From positions 2,176,001 to 2,240,000 of the forward strand of contig AP038806.1 in the NCBI GenBank assembly GCA_047150005.1: a DNA stretch of 64,000 nt, read 5' to 3'. The stretch comes from Nitrospira sp. (GTDB taxonomy: Bacteria; Nitrospirota; Nitrospiria; Nitrospirales; Nitrospiraceae). A program made the translations under genes and the position numbers. A model generated the notes under the pieces. It had not been told where the DNA came from. It ran no database searches and saw only the letters and a list, made by a program, of their open reading frames with translations. Of this stretch, positions 8,639 to 17,527 are shown piece after piece; positions within the stretch are counted from its first letter, which is position 1, and every line of letters starts with the position of its first letter.

Positions 8639-10459
8639 TTAGCGGCGGGGCGGTCGTCGGCCACGGCCTCGGTGGCGGAATGCCGGTCCTCGGCTGACCC
8701 CCGGAAGGCGGATCGTGACGGTGGTGCCCTCGCCGGGCGCACTGCCGATGGTAATCGACCCGCCGTGCTCCTCGACGATCTTTTTCACGGTGGCGAGGCC
8801 GAGGCCTGTGCCGGTTCGCTTGGTCGTGAAGAACGGCTCGAAGACCTTGTCGACGATCTCCGAAGGAATCGGTGCTCCGTCGTTCTTGATCAGAATGTGA
8901 TCTTCGATCCCGCGGCCGGCTCGATGCTGGCTGACGTGGATCGTGAGATGCCCGCCGGGCGTCATGGCTTCGCAGGCGTTCTTGAAGATGCTCAGGAACA
9001 CCTGTTGAAGCTTGGCTTCGTCGCCTCGGACCGGCGCCAAGACCGGGGCGTATTCCTTGGCCACGTGGATCCGGGTGACCTCCAAGTCGGTCGCGACGAC
9101 GGTCAGTGCGCTTTCGATGACTTCGGGAATGCGGACCAGCCGGCGGTTGAGCTCAAGCGGCTTAGCGAAGTCCAGAATTTCATTGAGGATCGCCTCGACG
9201 CGAATCAAATCGCGCATGGCGTTTTCCACCCGGGTTTGGGGATCGAAATCCAGAATGCCCTCTCCGGTCACTTCCTCCAATTGCGCGCGGATGGATCCGA
9301 GCGGCTCACGGATCTCAGTGGCGAGAAACGCGCTGAATTCTCCGATCGCGGCCTGGCGTTCCTGTTTGCGGATCGACGGTTCCAAGGGGGCAGCGATTGG
9401 TGAAGCGGAGATTCCCTCCGCTTCGGAGGTGCCCGCGTCGCTCTTGGCCGGAGCTGGCTGCGGGGACGGAGCCTGGAGCTGTTCCGCCAGTCTGAGAATG
9501 ACCGGTTCGAGCGTGCGCGCGTCCGTCGGTTGGTACCGTCCGGCTTCCCGCGACGCCAACGTCACCGTCCCTCCGACCTGGCCGCGCACGAAGAACGGGA
9601 GGACCAGTGAGGACTGGAAGCGGTCCTTGAACAGCTGCTTGTGGTCCAGAAAGCGGCCTTGGGTCGAAGCAAGATCGTGATCGACGCGGGGTTTGCGATG
9701 GCGGATCGCCCAGCCGGCCGCGGAGCTGTCCAGGGTCAGACGATGGCCCGGCTTGAGGTCTTTCTTGCCGTCCTTCTGCTCGCCCCGTACGTCGCCCGCC
9801 GAGCCGAGGACTTCGACGTTGCCTGCGATGGGGTCGTAGTGGCAGACCCAGGCGCGGTCAAAGGAGACGGTGTGGTTGGCGTCGGTCAGGACTGCCGTGA
9901 TTTTTTCCTGCAGCTCCGGCGTGACTTGCGAAACGGGGGCGACGAACATGTCGGCGGCGGATTGCGGCGCGGCGGCCGGTTCGTTCGAGACCAACGCGCG
10001 GCTGAGGACCACGTTCATGTTGAACAGCCCTTCGCGGTCCAACGCCTTGGTGACGTCGTCGCTGGCTTGGTCCATCAAGCCCTTTTCTTTTTTCGCGAAC
10101 GCCGCCCCTTCCTTTCGGCCGATGACGAGGAAGCCGTAGGTGCGGTTGCGGTACTTGAGCGGCACGCTTAGGAGCGACTTCGCACCCGGTGTGACCATGC
10201 GGACCCGCATCGTGCGGCCGCTGTCCTGATCGTGCGAGGACGACCCATCGACCAGCGCCGGAGCCGACAGCGTCCGGAGAATCGCGTGAACATCCCGGGA
10301 CGTGAAACCTCGCGCGGCATGACCGACCAACGGCCCTTGCTCCTGGTGGAAGACGGCGGCCAGCGCGGAATCCACCGGCAGTTCGTTCAATACGGACGTG
10401 AGGGTCCGTTGCAGGTGCGTTTCAGGTTGGGCCTTGCTCTGAGTCACCGTTGGTCGCAT
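8639..10459 (-). CDS. GAF-GAF sensor histidine-kinase-like protein lacking the phospho-His
   Basis: Two GAF-like regions; H-box reads LATEIREPL; FEPFFTTK and GTGLGL present. Confidence 0.85.
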   Translation of the reverse strand: MRPTVTQSKAQPETHLQRTLTSVLNELPVDSALAAVFHQEQGPLVGHAARGFTSRDVHAILRTLSAPALVDGSSSHDQDSGRTMRVRMVTPGAKSLLSVPLKYRNRTYGFLVIGRKEGAAFAKKEKGLMDQASDDVTKALDREGLFNMNVVLSRALVSNEPAAAPQSAADMFVAPVSQVTPELQEKITAVLTDANHTVSFDRAWVCHYDPIAGNVEVLGSAGDVRGEQKDGKKDLKPGHRLTLDSSAAGWAIRHRKPRVDHDLASTQGRFLDHKQLFKDRFQSSLVLPFFVRGQVGGTVTLASREAGRYQPTDARTLEPVILRLAEQLQAPSPQPAPAKSDAGTSEAEGISASPIAAPLEPSIRKQERQAAIGEFSAFLATEIREPLGSIRAQLEEVTGEGILDFDPQTRVENAMRDLIRVEAILNEILDFAKPLELNRRLVRIPEVIESALTVVATDLEVTRIHVAKEYAPVLAPVRGDEAKLQQVFLSIFKNACEAMTPGGHLTIHVSQHRAGRGIEDHILIKNDGAPIPSEIVDKVFEPFFTTKRTGTGLGLATVKKIVEEHGGSITIGSAPGEGTTVTIRLPGVSRGPAFRHRGRGRRPPRR

Positions 10460-10569
10460 GGTCTGGTTCGTTCAAAAAAGAGGGTGCATTCTAGCAATGC
10501 GTGCACGGCAATTCAATGACGAGACTGTTCGCGAGCGTCGGACTCTTGCCGTCCGCCAAGGCCGGGCGT

Positions 10570-10968
10570 TCATGGGTTGATGATCTTGGGCGGGCGCGGC
10601 TCCGAGCGACGCACCTCGATGCGGCGAGAGTCGGCGGTGAACAAGCTCAGGATGCTGGTGACGATGCTGATCACCAGCGCGCCGCCTACGGCAGACCAGA
10701 ATCCCGATACGGTGAAGCCCTTGACCAAATAGGCGGTCAATTCGAGCAGGAGGGCATTGACGACGACCAGAAAGAGGCCGAGCGACAGCACGATCAACGG
10801 CAGAGTCAGGAGTAAGAGGATCGGGCGGATCAACAGATTGAGAATCGTGAGTACCAGGACGGCGGCGATACCGGCCGCCAGGTCGCGCACCTCAATTCCC
10901 GGCACGGTCGCCACCGCGAGGAATACGGCGATGCCGGTAATGAAGATCCGAGCCACTGCCGTCTGCAT
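10570..10968 (-). CDS. 4-TMS membrane protein (phage holin superfamily IV / DUF360-like)
   Basis: LNLLIRPILLLLTLPLIVLSLGLFLVVVNA signature. Confidence 0.8.
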   Translation of the reverse strand: MQTAVARIFITGIAVFLAVATVPGIEVRDLAAGIAAVLVLTILNLLIRPILLLLTLPLIVLSLGLFLVVVNALLLELTAYLVKGFTVSGFWSAVGGALVISIVTSILSLFTADSRRIEVRRSEPRPPKIINP

Positions 10969-11010
10969 CTCGCTCCTTCTGCTCCCTGCGTCTGACCCTA
11001 CTCTCCGTCG

Positions 11011-11352
11011 CTACTGAACCGGCACCGGAGCCGGTACGGCCGACGCGGCTGCTTTCTTCGCCGCCGAGAAATGGACTTCCGTCGCGACCAGGCCTTTCTT
11101 CTCCTTGACCGCGTCGATCACCACGCGGTCTCCCGCCACGGGTAACTCCGACGAGTTTGGATTGCCCTTTTCCTTGAAGTGCGTGTCCTTCGTCAGCTTG
11201 ACCGTCACAGTTCCGCCTTTTTGCGTTTTCACCTGAATGTGGTCTCGGTCGATTTCGGTCACGGTGCCAAGCACATGTTGGCCGGAACCGTGCGCAAAGG
11301 CGGTGGCGGAGCAGAACAGAACGAGTGTGGCCATGATCAAATATCGAACCAT
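11011..11352 (-). CDS. Secreted small OB-fold-like protein (DUF5666-like)
   Basis: Signal peptide AFA then HGSGQHVLGTVTEI...GDRVVI. Confidence 0.6.
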   Translation of the reverse strand: MVRYLIMATLVLFCSATAFAHGSGQHVLGTVTEIDRDHIQVKTQKGGTVTVKLTKDTHFKEKGNPNSSELPVAGDRVVIDAVKEKKGLVATEVHFSAAKKAAASAVPAPVPVQ

Positions 11353-11389
11353 AAAGTACGTCGCTCCTTTACACATGAGGCACGATGAT

Positions 11390-12004
11390 TCAGTGGTGAT
11401 GGCCGTCGGAACCTCCGGCGGCATCGTCTCCTTCCAGGAATTTGTCGTTCGCGGCTTCCTCCTCCATCTCATGCGGGGTCTTCGGGTTGAGCCCCTTCAT
11501 CTCGTGGAGTTCCTCCGGAGTCAGATTGGGGAGGTGCCGGATGAAATGAACCAGTTTCCAACTGTCCAGGTCTTTCTCCGGCTCATCGCCGCCCCAGGCG
11601 GGCATGGCGGTGAACCGGATGCCGTTGTGGATCGCCCAGAACAACTCTCCGTCCGACATCGACTGCGTGTCGGTCTGGCGCAGATCGGGAGCCTTGGGAT
11701 AGACGTTTTTGCCGATCGGCGTTCGTCCGCTGCCGTCGTTGGCGTGGCAGATGGCGCAATGGTCGGCAAAGTGAGCCCGCGCGTCTTTCAACACAGCGGG
11801 AGTCAGCGGCACGGGATTCGGCGCGTTCCGCTGACTCAGGGGAATGGCGAGATGCCGAATCTGCCGCGCCATCAGAACCTCGAGAGGATGAGGTTCCGTC
11901 TTGGCGCTGAAGCCGGTCGCGAAGAGCTGATAGCTGCTCCATCCGACGATGCCTAACACCACGACCCCGATGGCGATGACAACTCCGATCACCTTCTTTT
12001 TCAT
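11390..12004 (-). CDS. Membrane-anchored monohaem cytochrome c
   Basis: N-terminal TM, CAICH, GIRFTAMPAW, His-rich tail. Confidence 0.88.
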   Translation of the reverse strand: MKKKVIGVVIAIGVVVLGIVGWSSYQLFATGFSAKTEPHPLEVLMARQIRHLAIPLSQRNAPNPVPLTPAVLKDARAHFADHCAICHANDGSGRTPIGKNVYPKAPDLRQTDTQSMSDGELFWAIHNGIRFTAMPAWGGDEPEKDLDSWKLVHFIRHLPNLTPEELHEMKGLNPKTPHEMEEEAANDKFLEGDDAAGGSDGHHH

Positions 12005-12016
12005 GCTGGATTTACA

Positions 12017-12847
12017 CTATACAAATTCTGCCGGTTCATTGCCAGCGACCAGCGGTTTGCGGGGCGTCGTGAGGCGGCGGACCAGCAGAACGGTGAGCGG
12101 AAGAAACATCAGAACACCGGCAAGGCCGAGTGTTGTCTCTCCGATCCAGAACGTCACGGTCAGATTGAACAGCAGCACTCCATAATACAGGCCGACTCCC
12201 AATAAGATTCGAGTGGTCGTCGCCGTTCCATCCTGGGCGGGAAGCGGAGGCAGGCGGCGGTCCATCGGAAAATAGATGGCGAGAGACATCAGGCCCACGA
12301 CCATCCAACCGGCGTAATTCGACAGGGGGACGCCGAAGTGCACGCCGGCGTCCGTATAGTAATAAAGGTTGCCCAGGAACCAGCGGTCGCCGCGCAACGC
12401 GATGGGATCGATCACCATGTCGATCGCGGCGAACAGCAGCGCCGTCAGCACGAGCACCCCCCAACCGCTGCGGACGGCAAGATCGAATCGGAGGGGCTGC
12501 AGGCGGGAGGTCTGGTCCGTCCCGTTACGGGGCAACAGGAGACACAAGGCCGTGCAATAGGCCGCATAGAGCAGGAAGCTGAACGAGATCGAATCCATGA
12601 AGGGAATATTGGAGAGATACAATTCCTGGCCGACCGTGGAGCCGGTGTAAAAGTACCAGCCGAACGGAAGGCCCGTTCTGGTCGAAGAGAATTCGCAGAC
12701 GAAGGCGGTCAGCCAGCTGATCAGCCAGAAACGCCAGGTCCTCGACCAGCCGATTAATTGAACGGCGGCATAGAGAAATGCCGTCAGGAGGACAAACACG
12801 TAGGGTCGGAAAATAATCGTCTTGAGAAGTAGGGCGGGATAATCCAT
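12017..12847 (-). CDS. Carotenoid biosynthesis membrane protein (CruF/DUF422-like)
   Basis: E..S.RTGLPFGWYFY, DMVIDP and GVPLSNYAGW motifs; start at ATG 12847. Confidence 0.8.
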   Translation of the reverse strand: MDYPALLLKTIIFRPYVFVLLTAFLYAAVQLIGWSRTWRFWLISWLTAFVCEFSSTRTGLPFGWYFYTGSTVGQELYLSNIPFMDSISFSFLLYAAYCTALCLLLPRNGTDQTSRLQPLRFDLAVRSGWGVLVLTALLFAAIDMVIDPIALRGDRWFLGNLYYYTDAGVHFGVPLSNYAGWMVVGLMSLAIYFPMDRRLPPLPAQDGTATTTRILLGVGLYYGVLLFNLTVTFWIGETTLGLAGVLMFLPLTVLLVRRLTTPRKPLVAGNEPAEFV

Positions 12848-12859
12848 CGAATGTCTACT

Positions 12860-12929
12860 GTTGAATGATGAATGTTGAATGATGAATGTTGAATCCGGTG
12901 CCGGTAACGTAACATTGAACATTCAACAT
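12860..12929. repeat. Inverted heptamer repeat array (TTGAATG/ATGAATG)
   Basis: ttgaatg atgaatg ttgaatg atgaatg ttgaatc ... aacattg aacattc aacatg; related array at 7391-7416. Confidence 0.75.
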
Positions 12930-12938
12930 GGGTCGTCA

Positions 12939-13937
12939 TTAGGCGTAGCCATGAGATCTAAACCATCGCACCGCTTTTTCCAACGCCACCTCCGGAGGCG
13001 TTTGAGGAAGGCCGAGTTCACGGATGGCCTTGCTGCAATCGTAGTGCATCTTGTACTTGGCCATCTTCACACCTTCAAGGGGAATGCGCGGGGTCCGGCC
13101 GGTCAGCGCAGCAATCCATTGGTTGCCGTAGGCCAGCGGAAGCACGGCAAGCCTCGGTAGCTTGATGGCGGGGGCTTTCACGCCTGTCAGCTTGCTCAGG
13201 ATCTCGAAGACTTCGCGGAGCATCAGATTCTTGTTGCCTAGAATATAGCGTTCGCCTTGCCGGCCCTTCTCCATGGCTAGCAGGTGGCCGGCCGCCACGT
13301 CGTCGACGTCGATCAGGTTCATGCCGGTTTCGATATAGGCGGGCATGTGTCCCTTCATGAAATCGACGATCACCTGCCCGGTGGGCGTCGGTTTGACGTC
13401 GCCGGCTCCCACCGGCGCGCTCGGATTCACGATCACCACGGGCAGTCCGTCCTTCGCCAGTTTCAGAACCTCTTGCTCGGCCAAGTACTTCGAGCGCTTG
13501 TAGTGTCCGGCCATCTGATCCAGGGATACGGGCGTCTCCTCCGTGCCGACCCCGCCCTCGGGCGGCAATCCGATGGCTCCGATCGTGCTGCAATAGACGG
13601 TGCGCTCGATGCCGACCGCGCGGGCCGCTTCCAGCATGTTTCTGGTGCCAGTCACGTTGATGTCGTAAAAAATGGACGGGTCTTTGGCCCAGAGGGCGTA
13701 GTGGGCCGCGATATGGTAGAGCTGTCGGCAGCCGGTCAGGGCTCGGCGCAGCGAGGCCTGATCCCTAAGATCGCCCGTGACGGATTCCACCGGCAACCCG
13801 TCGAAGTTCTGCCGATCCGACTCGGCGCGGACGAGCACGCGAATGCTCACGCCTGCGCGGACCAGCGCGCGCGCCACCGCGCCTCCGACGAACCCGCTGG
13901 CCCCTGTGACCAAGGCTTTCATAGGAAGTGCTGACAT
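12939..13937 (-). CDS. hpnA: Hopanoid-associated NAD-dependent epimerase/dehydratase
   Basis: LVTGASGFVG, YKRSK, DVKPTPTG, YIETGMN; true start may be 13922. Confidence 0.85.
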   Translation of the reverse strand: MSALPMKALVTGASGFVGGAVARALVRAGVSIRVLVRAESDRQNFDGLPVESVTGDLRDQASLRRALTGCRQLYHIAAHYALWAKDPSIFYDINVTGTRNMLEAARAVGIERTVYCSTIGAIGLPPEGGVGTEETPVSLDQMAGHYKRSKYLAEQEVLKLAKDGLPVVIVNPSAPVGAGDVKPTPTGQVIVDFMKGHMPAYIETGMNLIDVDDVAAGHLLAMEKGRQGERYILGNKNLMLREVFEILSKLTGVKAPAIKLPRLAVLPLAYGNQWIAALTGRTPRIPLEGVKMAKYKMHYDCSKAIRELGLPQTPPEVALEKAVRWFRSHGYA

Positions 13938-14029
13938 AGGAAGTGCTGAGTGCTGGGTGTTGAGTGCTGAGTGAGGATGAAGAGGAGCCTTGTCTGAAAC
14001 TCAGCACTCATGGCTCAGCACTCAGGACT
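13920..14029. repeat. Inverted heptamer array (GTGCTGA/TCAGCAC) with a 15-bp tandem duplication
   Basis: CATAGGAAGTGCTGA x2, gtgctgg gtgttga gtgctga ... tcagcactc x2; similar array at 31582-31680. Confidence 0.75.
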
Positions 14030-14918
14030 AGTTCTTTCGGGAGGTGATGTATCGCGCGATCTCACGAAGTGGATCGGCGGGCGGGCCGAAGGAGGACAGG
14101 CGGGCGATCGCCCGGGCCACGCACTCGTCGGCGAACTGCTTCGCGCCGTCGATCCCGTAAAAGGTCGGATAGGTTTTCTTGCCGCGCTCGGCGTCCGTGT
14201 TCGGATTCTTGCCCAGCTCTTCCCTGGTGCCGGTGACGTTCAGTACGTCGTCGGCGACCTGAAACGCCAGCCCGATGTCCTCCGCATAACCGGTCATGTC
14301 GTCCAGTTGACGGTCTGTGGCGCCGGCTGCGATTGCGCCCATTCGCACGGCGGCACGGATCAACATGCCGGTTTTATGTTTGTGAATGTTCTGCAGCGTG
14401 GGCAGGTCGATATCCTGATTTTCGGCCTGGATGTCGAAGACTTGTCCACCGACCATGCCGGCGTGACCGGAGCCGAAGGCCAACTCCTGAATCAGGCGGA
14501 CTTGCCTAGTGGGATCGCAGCCTTTCATCAGATCGGGGCGGCTGCAAAGATCGAAGGCCATCGTGAGCAGCGCATCGCCGGCCAGGATCGCCATGGCTTC
14601 GCCGTACGCCTTGTGGTTAGTCGGTTTGCCGCGGCGAAAGTCGTCATTGTCCATCGACGGCAGGTCGTCATGGATCAGCGAGTAGGTATGAATGAATTCC
14701 AGGGAGCAGGCGACCGCCATCAAGCCGGGCGGGTTGCTTTCCACGGCCTCCGCCGCCGCAATCGCCAGGATCGGGCGGATCCGCTTGCCGCCCGCCATGA
14801 GGCTGTAACGCATGCTCTCGTGGAGCGTGGTAGGGGGCAGCGTTGCGGCCGGAGTCACCTGGTCGAGAAATCGATCGACTTCGATCCGTTTGTGTTCGAG
14901 ATAGTTCTTGATGTTCAT
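14028..14918 (-). CDS. ispA: Polyprenyl (farnesyl/geranylgeranyl) diphosphate synthase
   Basis: GGKRIRP, LIHDDLPSMDNDDFRRGKPTNH, FQVADD motifs; start MNIKNYL. Confidence 0.92.
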   Translation of the reverse strand: MNIKNYLEHKRIEVDRFLDQVTPAATLPPTTLHESMRYSLMAGGKRIRPILAIAAAEAVESNPPGLMAVACSLEFIHTYSLIHDDLPSMDNDDFRRGKPTNHKAYGEAMAILAGDALLTMAFDLCSRPDLMKGCDPTRQVRLIQELAFGSGHAGMVGGQVFDIQAENQDIDLPTLQNIHKHKTGMLIRAAVRMGAIAAGATDRQLDDMTGYAEDIGLAFQVADDVLNVTGTREELGKNPNTDAERGKKTYPTFYGIDGAKQFADECVARAIARLSSFGPPADPLREIARYITSRKN

Positions 14919-15005
14919 GGAGATGAAATAGGTTCGTTGATGATGGATTGCGAATCCGGCGGAGAGTAACAAACGGCCCGAGTTCAGTCAAACGACAGCG
15001 CCATT

Positions 15006-15158
15006 CGGTCGTGGGTCAGTTTGCCATCCGAAGCACTGCAGTGTGCCATTCCCGCGGATGCGGGAATCTAGGCAAAGTCTGCTCCTCAGCATGGAGTCTT
15101 GATCGAGGGGGGATGCCACTTTCGTGGGCATGACGCGAGAGGAAACTGACCACTGCCG
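15006..15158 (+). repeat. REP-containing miniature inverted-repeat element, copy 1
   Basis: Outer IR GTGGGTCAGTT...AACTGACCAC; inner ATTCCC-N8-GGGAAT hairpin plus inverted partner; homologous to 16818, 33566 and 51064. Confidence 0.8.
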
Positions 15159-15308
15159 AGCCGTTCGATCTTTCCAAGACCCTTTTTCATGGTTGCATGG
15201 TTGCACTGTATGTGTGGGTAAATCCTCCGTCAAGGGATCTTCAAGGAAATAGGATACGAGGTGACTAGGCGGCGATTTGGCCGCTCATCAAGCGGGGCAG
15301 GAACAGGT

Positions 15309-15385
15309 CGCGGCCGGGGCGGCCTGGTCGAGAAAGCGATCGACTTCGATCCGTTTGTGTTCGAGACAGTCTCGGGTGTTCACGG
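15309..15385 (-). pseudogene. Duplicated 5' fragment of ispA
   Basis: Near-identical to 14845-14920; encodes ...LEHKRIEVDRFLDQ... followed soon by a stop. Confidence 0.75.
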
Positions 15386-15834
15386 GTGTTCATTGGGGGA
15401 ATAGGTGCAGTTCAAACTGACGGTCTACCGGCTTCGCTCAACGCGGGCCTTGTTGGCCGCCGGCTGCCTCATGTGCGCTTGGCGCCGCAACTGGTTCCGT
15501 CCGACGCGTTGCGTGAACGGCACTGCGAACAGCGACGCCACCTGTGGAGCAGGACGCCCCCATTCGTTGCAAGCGGAAACACAAGGCCCAACGGCCGCTT
15601 AGCCGGCAGACCGATAGTGGGTCGATCAGAACTCCATGTTAAGCAGCAGACCTTGCCTGGAAGAGCGGGAACCTACGGAAACTCAGTGAGAAAATAAGCT
15701 CGAACCGACCGAACAGTGCGGTCATGAAAAAGGGCGGGAGTCGTTGCTTTAGGCGACCAGGAGATTGGTGCTCTACAAATGGCGAGGACCTTGCTCTCAC
15801 CACCCGTCTTCACAGACGGGGAATTCACGCCGGA

Positions 15835-16290
15835 TTAGATCAAGTCATCGACGATCAAGCAGTCGATTTCGTTGACCCGCCGGAGGCTTCGATCATTCCC
15901 ATAAAAACGGGCAGCCTTGTGGCTGATCGCGGTGGCCAATTGAATGGCGTCAGGCGTGCTGAGGCGGTAGCGTGCGCGTAACTCAGCGGCTCGATCGGCA
16001 AGACTCATGCTGACAGGAACCCAGTCAAGTGTTGGGTAGGTCGTGGTGAGAGCAAAGATCTTCTGGGCCAACTCCTCTTTGTGCTCCCGATAGGGCTGGA
16101 CCAGCAATTCCAGGAGGGTCACGGTCGATGTCACGGCGGGATTCTGTCGCCGTTCGATACGGTCAAACAAGGTTGCGCACCAGGGCCCATACCGCGGATG
16201 ATCTTCAAGGAAATAAATGAAGAGGTTGGTGTCGAGGCCGATTCGTTGATGTGGGCTGGGAAGGCCTTGCAAGGGAGAGGCCGCTACCAC
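15835..16290 (-). CDS. PIN-domain toxin (VapC-like)
   Basis: IGLDTNLFIY, STVTLLEL, LSTPDAIQLATA, ND acidic PIN residues. Confidence 0.9.
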   Translation of the reverse strand: MVAASPLQGLPSPHQRIGLDTNLFIYFLEDHPRYGPWCATLFDRIERRQNPAVTSTVTLLELLVQPYREHKEELAQKIFALTTTYPTLDWVPVSMSLADRAAELRARYRLSTPDAIQLATAISHKAARFYGNDRSLRRVNEIDCLIVDDLI

Positions 16291-16502
16291 GACCGGCGTT
16301 CCCGTTTCAGGTAGCCGGTTGGATAGGTCCCTTTGGCCAACCCTCGCAATGTTCGCGCATACTTTTTGGGCTTCGGCATGACCAGTGTGAGATCATCCTT
16401 CACCACGACCAGCAACTCATCGCCGCCTTTGACGCCCATTGCCTTCCGCGCCTCTTTCGGGATGACGATCTGATTCTTGCTGCTAAGCTTCTGCACAGCC
16501 AT
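16284..16502 (-). CDS. AbrB/MazE-family antitoxin
   Basis: KLSSKNQIVIPKEARKAMGVKGGDEL; overlaps the toxin start. Confidence 0.9.
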   Translation of the reverse strand: MAVQKLSSKNQIVIPKEARKAMGVKGGDELLVVVKDDLTLVMPKPKKYARTLRGLAKGTYPTGYLKRERRSW

Positions 16503-16817
16503 AGGGTCTCCTTCATCCAGGCTTTACGTTATCATACAAAAGTAAAGCACCTCAACTTCTGGCTTGGGTCGGCCTATTGCGCCAACAAGCGCTACTGAAT
16601 CGACTTCGCGCATCCAATGCTCCTTCCACGCTTGTTCGTTCCACTCTTTCCTTATGGCGGGATCAGGGGAATCGGGTATCCGTTCAGGCGCGATGCGTAG
16701 CAGAGCAAGGCCTGCTGGCCGAGCCGTTGAGCCTTGTGTTTCGCTGCCAAGCACCCATAAGGCGGACAGCGGCCAACAAGGCCCAGGCTTGAGCCAAGCC
16801 GGCAGACCGGTAGATAG

Positions 16818-16908
16818 GTCGATCAGGACTCACTGCTGAGGAGCAGACCTTGCCTGGATTCCCGCTTCCGCGGGAATGACAAACTTGATGGCGAACTGAT
16901 CCGCTCCC
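16818..16908 (-). repeat. REP-containing element, partial copy 2
   Basis: TGGATTCCCGCTTCCGCGGGAATGAC...AACTGATCCGCT. Confidence 0.75.
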
Positions 16909-16989
16909 ACCCTTTGATCTCTCTGTATGACGACTGCATAATGAAAACAGTGACCTCGACCAAGTATGAGGATCACTGGGAGGTGCATC

Positions 16990-17286
16990 ATGGCGGTGAC
17001 ATTGATCAACGTGTTTTCGGTTCCGAAAGGTCAGGAAGAGGCCTTTGTGAAATGGTGGCAGGACGTGAAGGCCGACATTACCGCACAGCCCGGCTTCATC
17101 AGCGGCAAGTTCCATCAAAGCCTCAAGCCCGACAGCAAGTTCAATTTCATCAACGTCGCGATCTGGGACAACGAAGAGATCTACTGGAAAGCCTACGAAA
17201 AGAGCGTGACGCCGATGAAAGCCAAGCTGGCGCAGTTGGGCGTCGAGATGGTGCCGGCGCTCTACCGCGTTGCGTTCGAATATTGA
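16990..17286 (+). CDS. Antibiotic biosynthesis monooxygenase (ABM) domain protein
   Basis: VTLINVF...QPGFISGKFHQSL...FINVAIW; RBS GGAGG. Confidence 0.85.
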   Translation: MAVTLINVFSVPKGQEEAFVKWWQDVKADITAQPGFISGKFHQSLKPDSKFNFINVAIWDNEEIYWKAYEKSVTPMKAKLAQLGVEMVPALYRVAFEY

Positions 17287-17307
17287 TTTGCGGCGTAGTT
17301 TGTTGCC

Positions 17308-17336
17308 TTGACTTCATCGCACTCGACCAATAAACT
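17308..17336 (+). promoter_or_regulatory. Sigma70-like promoter of the lipid-modification operon
   Basis: TTGACT-N17-TAAACT. Confidence 0.55.
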
Positions 17337-17527
17337 ACGCCGGTCACGGGCGCTTCCGATCAGAGCGACGCCGATGGGGTGTCGGCATGAAACCTGGCCG
17401 GTCTTGCCTTAATAGCTGTATCTAATGGTTCCCCTGTCGATTTAATCCCTCAGAGTTGAAAATCCGTGATGTTCTGCCCCTCTCTGTCTCGGTTCATGGT
17501 CTGGTGTCTCGCCGGTTTCGCTCCTCC

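Noticed and set aside
10570..10968. Holin-family gene as evidence of a prophage
   Set aside because: This family is common in non-phage contexts, and no phage genes are nearby.
14988..15233. Short ORFs such as CLDSRIRGN and CHSRGSGNP (also near 16684-17118 and 51001-51183)
   Set aside because: These are translations of the REP element, not genes.
16524..16754. 76-aa minus-strand ORF upstream of the antitoxin
   Set aside because: Begins within repeat sequence and has no recognisable family; at most a gene remnant.
14940..16910. CRISPR array or integron cassette array
   Set aside because: Repeats are degenerate, irregularly spaced and mixed in orientation; no cas or integrase gene, and no attC structure recognised.
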